A DNA stretch of 64,000 nucleotides from a bacterium (GCA_016125005.1 WGMQ01000004.1:77249-141248); one strand, 5' to 3'. Shown: positions 17,574 through 28,620, numbered from the stretch's first letter. Notes: generated by a model not told the origin, from the letters alone. Translations and numbers: made by a program.

Positions 17574-18680
17574 TTACTGGCCGTAGAACTCCAGGATCGT
17601 CTTGGCGACTTCCTGAACTTCCTTCTTCTTGAGGCCCGGGGCCACGGGGAGGGAGATCACGCGGCGGGCGAGATCCTCGGACACGGGGAAGGCGCCTTCC
17701 TTGTAGCCCAGGTACTGGAACGCGGGCTGGAGGTGGAGCGGCGTCGGGTAGTACACCGAGTGGCCGATGCCCTTCTCCGTGAGGTGGGCGGCGAGCTTGT
17801 CGCGATCCGGAACCAGAACCGTGTACATGTTGTAGATGTGGGAGAGGTCCTCGCGGAAGGGCGGGGTGACGACGGGCGAGCCCTTGAAGAGGGAGGTGTA
17901 TAGACGGGCGTTCTCGACGCGCTCGAGGTTGTTCTCGTCGAGTTCCTGCATCTTGAGGAGGAGGAGCGCGGCCTGGATCGGGTCGAGGCGGCTGTTGTAG
18001 CCGACGACATCGTGCTCGCCCTTGCCGTTCGCGCGGCCGTGCTCGCGCAGGCGACGGAGCTGCTCGGAGAGCTTGTCGTCACCGGTGGAGACCAAGCCCG
18101 CATCGCCGACGGCGCCGAGGGAGCGGGTCGGATAGAAGCTGAAGCAGCCGGCCTGGCCGAAGCTGCCGAGGCGACGTCCGCCGACGCGGGCGCCGGAGGC
18201 GTGGCGGCAGTCCTCAAGCACATAGACCGAGTAGGTGCGGGCGATCTGGCAAAGGCGGTCGATTTCCGCGGCCATGCCGAACAGGTGCACGACGATAATG
18301 GCCTTGGTCTTGGAGGTCATGGAGGCCAGCGCCAGATCGGGGTCCAGGCAGAAGGACTCGGGGCGCACGTCGACAAAGACGGGGGTGGCGCCGAGGCGGG
18401 CCACCACGTCCGCGCAGCGACCGTAGGTGAAGGCGGGGCAAAGGACTTCGTCGCCCGGACCGATGCCCAGCGCGTTGAGCGAAAGGAGCATCGCATCGGT
18501 GCCGGAGTTCGTTCCAACGCCGAACTTGCAGCCGACGTACCGGGCGAACTGTTCCTCGAACTTCTGGACCGTCGGTCCGTTGACGAACTGACCCGACTCG
18601 AAGATCTTCCGGATTTCCTCCTGATAGTCCTCCAGGAAGTGGTCATTCACAGCGTGAAGGTTGATAAACGATACGGGCAT
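17574..18680 (-). CDS. DegT/DnrJ/EryC1/StrS-family aminotransferase-like protein, catalytic Lys replaced by Arg
   Basis: NSGTDA, GPGDEV, VHLFG and GYNSRLD motifs. SFYPTRSLG stands where the family has SFYPTKNLG. Confidence 0.9.
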   Translation of the reverse strand: MPVSFINLHAVNDHFLEDYQEEIRKIFESGQFVNGPTVQKFEEQFARYVGCKFGVGTNSGTDAMLLSLNALGIGPGDEVLCPAFTYGRCADVVARLGATPVFVDVRPESFCLDPDLALASMTSKTKAIIVVHLFGMAAEIDRLCQIARTYSVYVLEDCRHASGARVGGRRLGSFGQAGCFSFYPTRSLGAVGDAGLVSTGDDKLSEQLRRLREHGRANGKGEHDVVGYNSRLDPIQAALLLLKMQELDENNLERVENARLYTSLFKGSPVVTPPFREDLSHIYNMYTVLVPDRDKLAAHLTEKGIGHSVYYPTPLHLQPAFQYLGYKEGAFPVSEDLARRVISLPVAPGLKKKEVQEVAKTILEFYGQ

Positions 18681-18849
18681 TAGTTGGTCGTCCTTTCCCG
18701 GATAAAGCGCGCTGGTTGGGGACCGGTTGCATGCACCGGCCACCCCTGCGGCGGTGAGACTTGGCGAGCCGGGAAATCGGAGTCAACTGATTGTGAACCG
18801 ATCGACGATTCTGCGGCTTGGGAGGCGATGACCTCTGCTCTCGATTGGC

Positions 18850-19183
18850 AGGGGACAGCGCTCCGGTGCCGTCATGGCAAAGTCGCTCTCGCTGGTGATC
18901 ACGGCCCAGCGATCCCGAACGCCCTGCCGAACTCCTCCCCGGGGACCGCTACCTGCTCGCCATCCACCACCCGGTATCCCTGGAGTGTGACGCGCAACTC
19001 ATCCAGCGGGGCGGAACCGGTATTTTCGAGGCTCAGTGTCGCCCGAAAGACCGTCCGCGTCATCACGGCCTCCTGAGAGAGAGACGAATGCGAACACGGG
19101 GACAGACGGACTGGGCGGCAGAGTCCGTCGGCCAACCAACCCCAAGCAGCAGTAGTGTGGCAAGCAACAGGCGCTTCGTTCAT
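18850..19183 (-). pseudogene. Frameshifted, truncated 5' remnant of a secreted protein
   Basis: Switching frames gives MN/KRLLLATLLLLGVGWPTDSAA-QSVCPRVRIRLS/QEAVMTRTVFRATLSLEN..., with indels after ATGAAC and in a (CT)n run near 19080. Stop at 18899. Confidence 0.55.
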
Positions 19184-19188
19184 CTACC

Positions 19189-20199
19189 TCAGTCTGGATA
19201 GGTCGTGCGTAGATTGCGGGAACCATCTGGATTGTACAGCAGACTGCCCTGGACATACGGCCTTTCCGACAAAAGTATGGGTCGCGCCTTCGGGAACGAG
19301 AGATTCGGAAATACACAAATCTTTCCATAAATTCCTCCCAGCCTGATGAATATGATATGCACCTCTTCTCGCTCAAACCATTCGTAAGGGAGTAGCATCT
19401 GCTTTTGATATCCGGTCGCAGGGGCCTCAGGAGTTGTGTTGCCAAATTGATAATTACTAGCAATCACCCCCGAATCAAGGAGTCCATCTTCCTCATCAGA
19501 GGAACAAACTCGAAGGACAATCTGGTATCCGTCGGGATAGAACGGTTCACGGTAGAGGACTTGCGTTGTGGGGTAATCCACGGCAGCATATGTAGAAAGC
19601 AACATCGCGGCGTCGCATGGCGTATCGGAAAGATCAGAATTCAATTCCGTTGTCTTCAGTAAATGCTTGCCAGCATCTACTTTGTGCTCCAGCGCGGCCC
19701 ATCCATTCAACTCAACAAGCCCATCCTCTAGGTCAGGACGCTGAGAATGCGGGAACCGCTTCAGTACCGCATCAAACTGAAGCATAACGGTGGACCCATC
19801 TCTCCCGACCTGCCATTCTGCTGGGTTTAGATCGTCAAGAAGCCATTCCTTCTCGATCATTTCGAAGTTCTCGGCATCCTCCGCCTCAAGCCGCAAGACA
19901 AGATGGCTAACACCGCGCAACTCGATGCGGCGAGCACCGTCGATCAAGAACCGCTCCCCTCCGTATCCCCCCTGAGATCCAACTGCCTTGAAGTACTCCA
20001 GCTTTGCATTGGCCCGCATCGGAGTCTCAGCCTCGTCCTTGACAGTCACCGACAAAACCACGTTCGCCTTCCAAGGCTTTGTCATCATTTCCATCCCGGC
20101 GGCGTCACTGGCGCCGCGGCCTCTGGACCACATGAACCCCGCAACGATCAAGGCCGGAATGGCGATCAACGCGATGAGAATTATGATGGGCTTCTTCAT
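19189..20199 (-). CDS. Membrane-anchored hypothetical protein (paralogue A)
   Basis: N-terminal TM helix, GAGGAGG SD, C-terminal YNPDGSRNLRTTYPD. Visibly AT-richer than the flanks. Confidence 0.85.
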   Translation of the reverse strand: MKKPIIILIALIAIPALIVAGFMWSRGRGASDAAGMEMMTKPWKANVVLSVTVKDEAETPMRANAKLEYFKAVGSQGGYGGERFLIDGARRIELRGVSHLVLRLEAEDAENFEMIEKEWLLDDLNPAEWQVGRDGSTVMLQFDAVLKRFPHSQRPDLEDGLVELNGWAALEHKVDAGKHLLKTTELNSDLSDTPCDAAMLLSTYAAVDYPTTQVLYREPFYPDGYQIVLRVCSSDEEDGLLDSGVIASNYQFGNTTPEAPATGYQKQMLLPYEWFEREEVHIIFIRLGGIYGKICVFPNLSFPKARPILLSERPYVQGSLLYNPDGSRNLRTTYPD

Positions 20200-20210
20200 A
20201 GGTGGCCTCC

Positions 20211-21270
20211 TCAGTCTGGATAGGTCGTGCGTAGATTACGGGAGCCGTCCGGGTTGTACAGTAGATTCACCGACAAGATTGGTCGCTCGACAGGATCAAT
20301 GGCATCGGGGTCAAGAATCATAACTTCCTCCCCAAAGACGATCATCTTGCCGTACAGTCCACCAAGTCGCACAAAAACCACTCCGTCTTTTTTCTGCTCA
20401 AACCATTCATAGGGAAGTACCAATTCCTTGGTATAGCCGTCAGGCGGGGCCTCGGCAGTGGTGTTGCCAAATCGAGCGTTCGCCACGAAGACTTCAGAAA
20501 ACTGCAATCCGTCTTCCGCAAGGGGGGAGCAAACTCGAAGCACCACATGCTTTCTGTTAGGATAAAATTTCTCTCTCCCAATCACGATTGGTGAAATCTG
20601 CTCCGGTGCTTCCACATAGGCAGAAAGAAGCCGCGGCGTAGCGCACTGATCCGTTATCAAAGGGACATCTACTTCACGAAGGGAGCTCCCTTCGGGTAGC
20701 GCTCTGTATGAAACAACAATGTCTCTTTCTCGCTCACGATACCTCTTGAGGCGAGCAAAAACCGTCTCAAGTTTCGGTCGGTCTGCGCGGGGATAAAGAA
20801 CGAAGGACAGAGTCGTGTCGAACAATGATAGTCTGCCCATCTGGACCGAACCTAAAATCGTCCGGCCTCAGGTCGCTAAAGCTCCAATCAACATAGTCGC
20901 TCTCATATATTCCTTCGTCATCAGAAATATGGATCGAGATAAAGTGGACTCCACGGTACTCCAGCCGCTTGGCGCCGTCGATAAAAACGTCCTCATAATC
21001 CTCACCGCCCTCCCTACCGATCGGCAAGAACATCGATACGTGGGCATTGGCCTTCAAAGGATTCCCATCCTCATCCTTTACGGTGATCTCCACCACCACA
21101 TTCGACTGAAATGGCTTCGAGATCATGTCCGTCACGCCATCATCGCCCAAAAAAGCTCGAAACTGGCGCTTCAGCGCCCCATAGGCCATCAAGGGTAAGC
21201 CGCAGCAGCACATGACAAACACCAGCACGTACAAACCGATAGCGATTCTGCGTTGAACTTGCGGCGTCAT
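20211..21270 (-). pseudogene. Paralogue B of 19189..20199, split by a one-base frameshift near 20797
   Basis: ORFs 20767..21270 and 20211..20840 align end to end with paralogue A (VLRS/YPRADRPKLE vs VLKRFPHSQRPDLE). Identical C-terminal YNPDGSRNLRTTYPD. Confidence 0.8.
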
Positions 21271-21527
21271 GATCCCTCCCCCCCCACGAAATGTTGTCAA
21301 TGCATCATTCCCGAACCCTGACGGACGTAAGTTCAGATTGCTCGCTTGATTGCGCATGGGGGGCTAGGGTTTTCGCGGGGGTAGAGGTCCGTCCGGTGGG
21401 CGGCGCGGGAAGCCGAGGCCTCGGCATAGTCCATCATTGACACCGCCGCGGCGCCGTCCCTTCGATCTATCGTTCCAAGAGACGCTCTAGGCGCCCGATC
21501 AACCACAGCGGAAGGCAGTTTCCACTC

Positions 21528-22778
<1,251 letters not shown>

Positions 22779-22819
22779 GCGGTCGACTGATGGTGGAGCG
22801 AAGCCACCATTGAAGGCCA

Positions 22820-22847
22820 TTGACAGTGTGATCGGCTGGGCTAGAGT
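22820..22847 (+). promoter_or_regulatory. Possible sigma70-type promoter
   Basis: TTGACA-16 nt-TAGAGT just after the icd hairpin ATGGTGG-N7-CCACCAT, upstream of 22931. Confidence 0.35.
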
Positions 22848-22930
22848 AAGGTGCAGGGTTTGTTTGGTGGCTGAACAAACCCTGCGCCGGTTCACCTTCA
22901 CCCCCTCCCCTCACCTACAGGAATGCCCCG

Positions 22931-23185
22931 ATGGCATCACCCAATTCAAAGCGCGCGTCATCGAAAGCCGGGAAGAATGCGGCTGCTCCGCGCTCTAGAG
23001 CGGCATCAAGCGCCCCGTCTGCGATCGCACCGAAATCGCCATTGCCGGGAATAAAGGCGAGTGAACTGGCGGCGGAAATCCGCGTGACCCAAGCCAACGC
23101 CCAAGCCCTTCGACTTGCGGTAAGGACTGTCTCAGGAGCCGGTCGCGAACTCGATGAGATCGCCTCGGCGCGCCTCAAGAAATGA
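22931..23185 (+). CDS. Small basic hypothetical protein
   Basis: 84-aa Ala/Ser/Lys/Arg-rich ORF with AGGA upstream. Ends 21 nt before the kinase gene. Confidence 0.45.
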   Translation: MASPNSKRASSKAGKNAAAPRSRAASSAPSAIAPKSPLPGIKASELAAEIRVTQANAQALRLAVRTVSGAGRELDEIASARLKK

Positions 23186-23206
23186 TCCGAAGCCAGGAGA
23201 CCCCCG

Positions 23207-24700
23207 ATGGGAGCATCGGACTTCCAGCCTGCCGGGTATAGTCAACTTCGGCTACTAGATCGAGGTGGGCAGGGAGAGGTTTACCACGCGCTCGACGAGA
23301 CGGGTATCCCGGTCGCCATCAAGCGGCTCCTCGCACTTCCCCGAACGGATTCTATCCTTCGCTTCCACCGGGAGGCGGATGCTCTCCGCGCGTGTAAGCA
23401 TGATGGCATCGTGCACCTGATCGAGTTCAACTTCGTCGATCCGAACAGTCCTTATCTCGTGTTGCCTTTCGTGGAATCCCCCCGCAGCGAGAGGAAAAAG
23501 CCATTTGGGGAGAGTCTTGCAGCATTTCTGGAGGGAACCCGGCGGCACCTGTCTCCCGAGCAGGTGCTTGAGATCGGCATCCAGGTAGCCGATGCACTGG
23601 CGCACATGCATTCGCACGGGATCGTACACCGCGACCTAAAGCTGCAGAACCTTCTGGTGAGGAATCCCCGCGTCGGCAACCGACTCGGCTTCGAGGTGGT
23701 CATCAGCGATCTGGGGATTGCATTGGTGGCCGACAAGACTCGGATCACCCCCGAGGGCGTTTCAATGGGATCGGTGCATACGATGGCTCCCGAGCAACTC
23801 AATTCGCGAGAGTACAGTAAGATCTGCGACCGAACCGATGTATTTGCGTTGGGCTGTATCCTCCACGAGTTGTTCACAGGTCAGCAGGTCTTTAAGAGCA
23901 CCAACCCCCACAGCAGATTCTTCGAGATCTCGGACAGCAAGCCGACCGCTGCCGCCTTGCTCTCGGCAGGGGTCTCTCAGGAAGTGGCAGACTTGGTCCT
24001 GCAGATGATTCAATACGAGGTCGCCGCGAGACCAACGGCACGTGATGTGGCGAGTCGGCTTCAGCGTGGGCTTCTTGACGAGGCGGGGGCCCTGTCGAAC
24101 CTGCTGGAACTATCGAATCGGATGCACTCTGCGGTCGGACGGCTGACGCTCGACTATCTGGCAGAGCGGAAGCATGCGCCCGGGGCTGACGCCTTGTATC
24201 TAAGCAACGCAACGCACGAGATCATGAAAGCCATCGTCCAGTTCTGGCACTTCGTCGCCCCCGACCAGTCAGTCCTAGAGGTCACCTTGGCGCGGATGGA
24301 TTCGGACGGACTCATCCAGGAGTTGGACTTCGCCTACCCGCTGGAGAGGTTCGATGACCGCACCATGGGGGAACTGCGTTACCCGGACGCCACTTTCTCC
24401 CGAGCCCTCCAGTCAAGCGGCGAGGACGGCCTCACGATTGTTTGCTCCTGCACGGAGGAGGCTCGCAAGAGCCCGAACGGGCAGTATCGTCCCACTTCCT
24501 GGATGCCTCACTCTCAGCCGGGCTCCATCCTGGCTTTCACGGTGGGCGTTAACGAGAAATCGAAGTTGAGTCAGGTCGTTTGCATCTATGTCGACCGAGA
24601 CTATTTCTTCAGTCCCGGCTCGGTGAGACTCTATCGACGTCTGGTGACTCCATTCCGCGAGAAACTGGCCGAGATTCTGGCGTTCGCCGCGGTTCCATAA
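23207..24700 (+). CDS. Ser/Thr protein kinase with an uncharacterised C-terminal (possibly GAF-like) domain
   Basis: RGGQGEVY, VAIK, HRDLKLQN, DLG, MAPE and DVFALG. AGGAG SD. No TM helix. Confidence 0.9.
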   Translation: MGASDFQPAGYSQLRLLDRGGQGEVYHALDETGIPVAIKRLLALPRTDSILRFHREADALRACKHDGIVHLIEFNFVDPNSPYLVLPFVESPRSERKKPFGESLAAFLEGTRRHLSPEQVLEIGIQVADALAHMHSHGIVHRDLKLQNLLVRNPRVGNRLGFEVVISDLGIALVADKTRITPEGVSMGSVHTMAPEQLNSREYSKICDRTDVFALGCILHELFTGQQVFKSTNPHSRFFEISDSKPTAAALLSAGVSQEVADLVLQMIQYEVAARPTARDVASRLQRGLLDEAGALSNLLELSNRMHSAVGRLTLDYLAERKHAPGADALYLSNATHEIMKAIVQFWHFVAPDQSVLEVTLARMDSDGLIQELDFAYPLERFDDRTMGELRYPDATFSRALQSSGEDGLTIVCSCTEEARKSPNGQYRPTSWMPHSQPGSILAFTVGVNEKSKLSQVVCIYVDRDYFFSPGSVRLYRRLVTPFREKLAEILAFAAVP

Positions 24701-24704
24701 ACGC

Positions 24705-25139
24705 CTATTCCTCGCGGTTATCTTTCGCGATCTTGCGGTCGAGCGAGCGGCTCATGGTCTGTCGCTTGGGTTTGCCGAGTCCCGCGAGGGCGCGCAGGCC
24801 GGCGCAGTATTCCTCGGCATCACGAGGGCGCCAGTCGAAGGGGAAGCCGCGGCATTGGTCCGGCTTGGCGCCGTGGATGCGGCAGCCGAAGAGCCCCTTC
24901 TCCTCGAAGAGAAAGATGCAGGACATGAGGGCGTCGCCCTGGGAGATGACCTCCCAGCTTCCGCTCTTGGTCTGCTGGCAGTACTCGCGAAGGAACTCGG
25001 AGACCGGGATCCCGAGGAACCGGGCGGCGTTGTCGATCTCGCCCTCGGTGACGGCGACGAAGCCTTCTCCGCGGCAGCAGTTGCCGCAGCGGTGGCATTC
25101 GAATTCACGCTTGTAGGGCCAGCCGATCTCACGGGCCAT
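24705..25139 (-). CDS. YkgJ-family CxxCxxCC cysteine-cluster protein
   Basis: FECHRCGNCC...CIFL...CRIHGAKPDQCRGFPF. Confidence 0.9.
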   Translation of the reverse strand: MAREIGWPYKREFECHRCGNCCRGEGFVAVTEGEIDNAARFLGIPVSEFLREYCQQTKSGSWEVISQGDALMSCIFLFEEKGLFGCRIHGAKPDQCRGFPFDWRPRDAEEYCAGLRALAGLGKPKRQTMSRSLDRKIAKDNREE

Positions 25140-25168
25140 TGTTGGTGGGGTGCTCCGGTGGGGTGGGC

Positions 25169-26746
25169 TCAGAAGGCCGGGGTCACTTCAAAGGTGAGCG
25201 GGACAGCGTCGCTCCAGGAAATGCCGTCGCTGACGGTGAGCTGGATGGTGACGGTGCCGGGCTTCATGAACTGGGCGATGACCTCGCCGTCGGTGGTGAG
25301 GAACAGGCGGGTGTCCTTGCCGACTCGGTCGCTTGGCTTGGTCCAGATGACGGAGGTGGTATCGGGGGCGGTGACTTCCCACTTGTAGCTGAGCGTGGCG
25401 TTTTCCGGGTCGTTGGAGCCGCGCGCGTCGAAGCGGATGCGCTCCTCGGCCTTCACGTTGAGGGACGCGGGAGCCTTGATGACGGCGGTGGGTTTCTCGT
25501 TCGGCTTGGCGCTGGCGGAACGGAGCACGTCGACAAGCACATAGCCGCCGACGAGGACCAGCACGACGGCGACTGCCGCTCCAATCAGGGCAATCGGCGG
25601 TTTCTTTCCCGAGGGGACCTTGCGGCCGATGGTGGGCGAGGAGGAGGCGGAAATGGGATCGGGACGTGGCCCGGCGGAGGGCGGGTCGGCAGTTGGGCCG
25701 ACGGCGCCGGCGGGAGGCGCGGCCCAGGGATTCTCGTCTTCGGCAGCTGCGGCGACGCCCCAACTGCGCGGTGCCGGGTCGTTGTTGGCCGTGGGCAGCG
25801 CGGCGGGTGCAGCCCAAGGGTTGGTTTCCTCGGGTGCGGGACTCGCGGTGCGGCGTGGTGTAGGCGCGGGCGCTGAGGAAGCAAGGCTTCCGACCGTGGT
25901 GGCTGGGGAGGAACGGGGCGGGGGCGGGGCCGATGCGAGGGCCTGTGCCTGCATTTCCTTCTGGTGGCGACCGGCCTCGGCTTCGTGCATGGTGCGCAGT
26001 TCCGCCTGCAGCCGGTCCAGCGATTCAAACTCACCCTGGAGGACCCGTTCAATCAGCTGGCTGACAATTCCGTTGTGGCCGTACTCGGGGCGCGGGGACT
26101 TGGCGAGCCAACCGTCCAGATCCTGCTTGGTGGAAGCGCAGATCATTTGGAGCAGAAGCGTGGCGATGACCTTGCGCTCGCCGGCGGCGTCGACCTGCGA
26201 GGAGGCTGTATAGACGCCGATGCGGGGGAGCTGATGAAGTCGCTTGAGGAGCGGGCTGCGTTCGAGCGCTTCGGGGCTGGGGCTGCCGATGGGCGAGCGG
26301 TGATGCACGCGGAGTTGCTCGCAATCGCCGATGACGATCTGGGTCGCGTCGAGTCGCTCGAAGCAGACGTTCGAGCGGCGTAGCTCGGCCAGTTCGCCAA
26401 CAAGGCGAATTGCCCAGCGACAAAAGTGGAGTGTCTTCTTGCAGCCCTCGTGATTGATCAAATCCTCGAGAGTCCGTCCCTCGATGTACTCAAAGATGAC
26501 GCTGGTGCCGCCTTCGAGGGTTTCGAGCTGGTAGACGCGGGGGAGGGCACTGGGGTTGCAGGCGGCAGCGAGGCGGACCTGGCTGACGATTTCCTCCATC
26601 GCGGCCTCGTCGCCTGAGACGGCGGCAGAGAAGGTGCGGCGGATGGCCCGATGCTCCGTCACGAGGTGTTGCGCGACGGTATCTTCCCAGTAGTTGGTTT
26701 CATCGAGTGGGGCGACGAAGCGCCATGCTTCCGAGGTCGGGATCAT
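25169..26746 (-). CDS. Degenerate kinase-like domain + Pro/Ala linker + TM helix + PKD-like domain
   Basis: Kinase-fold remnants (NPSALPRVYQL, VIFEYIEGRTLEDLI) without VAIK, HRD or DFG. TM helix IALIGAAVAVVLVLVGGYVLV. PKD-like NEKPTAVI...FDARGSNDPE...LSYKW. ATGA overlap with the upstream gene. Confidence 0.75.
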   Translation of the reverse strand: MIPTSEAWRFVAPLDETNYWEDTVAQHLVTEHRAIRRTFSAAVSGDEAAMEEIVSQVRLAAACNPSALPRVYQLETLEGGTSVIFEYIEGRTLEDLINHEGCKKTLHFCRWAIRLVGELAELRRSNVCFERLDATQIVIGDCEQLRVHHRSPIGSPSPEALERSPLLKRLHQLPRIGVYTASSQVDAAGERKVIATLLLQMICASTKQDLDGWLAKSPRPEYGHNGIVSQLIERVLQGEFESLDRLQAELRTMHEAEAGRHQKEMQAQALASAPPPPRSSPATTVGSLASSAPAPTPRRTASPAPEETNPWAAPAALPTANNDPAPRSWGVAAAAEDENPWAAPPAGAVGPTADPPSAGPRPDPISASSSPTIGRKVPSGKKPPIALIGAAVAVVLVLVGGYVLVDVLRSASAKPNEKPTAVIKAPASLNVKAEERIRFDARGSNDPENATLSYKWEVTAPDTTSVIWTKPSDRVGKDTRLFLTTDGEVIAQFMKPGTVTIQLTVSDGISWSDAVPLTFEVTPAF

Positions 26747-27540
26747 TTGATGAGGCTCCCCAGCTTGCCAGTCTGCCACGCCTTGAGCGCATCGGCCGCC
26801 GAGTCGTAGAGCGGCGCGACTCCGATGAATCCGTTGAGGCATCGCTCGAAGAATGCGGTGAGGTCGTCCCCGAGTCGGTGCGAGCGCAGCTTCTTGACGG
26901 CCTGCTCAAGCTCGTAGGCATCCCACTTGTCGCCGAGCGTCTGCGCGATGAGTGGTTCGCCGGTGTGGAGCAGCAGCACGACGCTGGCCCACTGGGCAAT
27001 GTCGAGGCCGGATAGGTTGTTGGCGAGCGTGAACTGGGATTGCTGGTCGGAGCGGACGCAGCGGACCAGCGCGCGGTCCAAGCCTGTGTCATCGAGGAAG
27101 ATCTTCCCCTGTCTGCCGGTGATGAAGCACTGGGGCGTGAGGGCGCTGTGGACGATATTGCAGCGGTTGAGCGCCACCATCAGGTGCAGCGTGTCCTCGA
27201 ACAAATCGGATTTGGCGCGGACCTGATCCTTGAAGGGATTGTTGTCGAGACCGAGCGGGATTCCGGCTTCCTTGAATTCGACGCCGCAGATATTCTCGGG
27301 GCTGACCCAGCCGTCGGCGAGGCGCGGGGTACGCGGGGCGCGGAGCAGGCCATAGCGCCGCATGGTGGCGACGGCGGCCTGTTCCCCTGTGCTGCTGAGC
27401 GATGGTGGGACGGCGATACGGTGAAAGAAGCAAGGCGCGCCGGTGGAAAGCTCCTGCGCCCGGTGGATCGTGTATCCGTCCCCCTGCCTGACCACATCCC
27501 CAATTTCATACCCTGCTTCGCGACTGTCCAAGCGAGTCAT
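26743..27540 (-). CDS. Degenerate Ser/Thr kinase-like protein (pseudokinase)
   Basis: YEIGDVVRQGDGYTIHRAQE N-lobe, IVHSALTP in place of HRDLKP, DTG in place of DFG, and DIAQWA in place of DxWSLG. Confidence 0.75.
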   Translation of the reverse strand: MTRLDSREAGYEIGDVVRQGDGYTIHRAQELSTGAPCFFHRIAVPPSLSSTGEQAAVATMRRYGLLRAPRTPRLADGWVSPENICGVEFKEAGIPLGLDNNPFKDQVRAKSDLFEDTLHLMVALNRCNIVHSALTPQCFITGRQGKIFLDDTGLDRALVRCVRSDQQSQFTLANNLSGLDIAQWASVVLLLHTGEPLIAQTLGDKWDAYELEQAVKKLRSHRLGDDLTAFFERCLNGFIGVAPLYDSAADALKAWQTGKLGSLIK

Positions 27541-27618
27541 CGTGCTCCGCTTCCTGAAGCCATGAACTAGGTTATTCGGCGTCGATAGCGCTGAGGCTAC
27601 CCTGCATCCCACGCGATA

Positions 27619-28533
27619 TTATGTTACCCACAGCTCCTGAACGCCTGCAAGCCGCAAAGCGGCCTCCCCGTGTAGGTATTTATTGGCCACAATGAGACCT
27701 TCGTCAACATAGACGTCGGGCTTGTTGTAGGTGATGGGGCGGCCTTTCATGTCGGTCATGACGCCGCCCGCGGCGCGGATGATGGCGTCCGGGGCGCAGG
27801 TGTCCCACTCCTTGCAGAAACGGCGTGAGGTGTTCAGGTACAGGTCGGCGCGGCGTTCCGCCACGTGGGCGACCTTCACGCCGAGCGAGCCTGCCTGGTA
27901 GCTCTCGCGCGGCTGAAGCGCGGCCATCGCTGTCCGCAGCCGACGGCCCATGTTGGAGCGCGTGACGACAAGGGTGCATTCCGATAGCGACTCGACCTGT
28001 GACACCAGGAGGCGCTCGCGGGAGCCGAGCAGGACGTTCTCCCGCCACGCGCCGAAGCCGGTGGCCCCGAGGTAGAGCATCCCCGCCACCGGCTGGTAGA
28101 CGACGCCAAGGACTGGGTCGAAGGTGCCTTCGGAAGTGCGGATCGCGAGCCCCACCTGTACGGCGAAGTCCGCTCCCCCATCGATGAAGTCGCGAGTGCC
28201 ATCGATGGGGTCGATGATCCAGCAGAAGTCCCGTTCCATGCGCTCGGGCTTGTTGGCGGCCTCCTCGCTCAGGTATCCGAACCGGTCGGTGGGATAGCGG
28301 TCGGAAAGCCACGAGACGATGAACTTGTCGGCGATGATGTCAGCCTCGGTGGCGGGACCATCGGAATCCTTCTCGAAGACCTCGAAGGTTCCGCGATAGA
28401 ACCCGGCGATGCGCTCCCAGGCGAGGAGCGCCACGAGGCGTGCGTCCTCCAGGGCGCGTACGATGTCGATGGGGGAAGTCTGTGGCTGCACGGCGAGGCT
28501 TTCGGAGAGCGATGGACTTGCGCCCCGGTCCAC
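27619..28533 (-). CDS. cysQ: CysQ / inositol monophosphatase-family phosphatase
   Basis: TEAD, LSEE, WIIDPIDGTRDF, GSLGVK and EWDTCA. Confidence 0.85.
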   Translation of the reverse strand: MDRGASPSLSESLAVQPQTSPIDIVRALEDARLVALLAWERIAGFYRGTFEVFEKDSDGPATEADIIADKFIVSWLSDRYPTDRFGYLSEEAANKPERMERDFCWIIDPIDGTRDFIDGGADFAVQVGLAIRTSEGTFDPVLGVVYQPVAGMLYLGATGFGAWRENVLLGSRERLLVSQVESLSECTLVVTRSNMGRRLRTAMAALQPRESYQAGSLGVKVAHVAERRADLYLNTSRRFCKEWDTCAPDAIIRAAGGVMTDMKGRPITYNKPDVYVDEGLIVANKYLHGEAALRLAGVQELWVT

Positions 28534-28620
28534 TGCGGCGCCAGCTTGTGTCAGCTTCCGGCCACGGTGCCGACGCCGTCACGCCCGAATTTTCATCACA
28601 GCGTTCCAAAGGGTTGCCCG

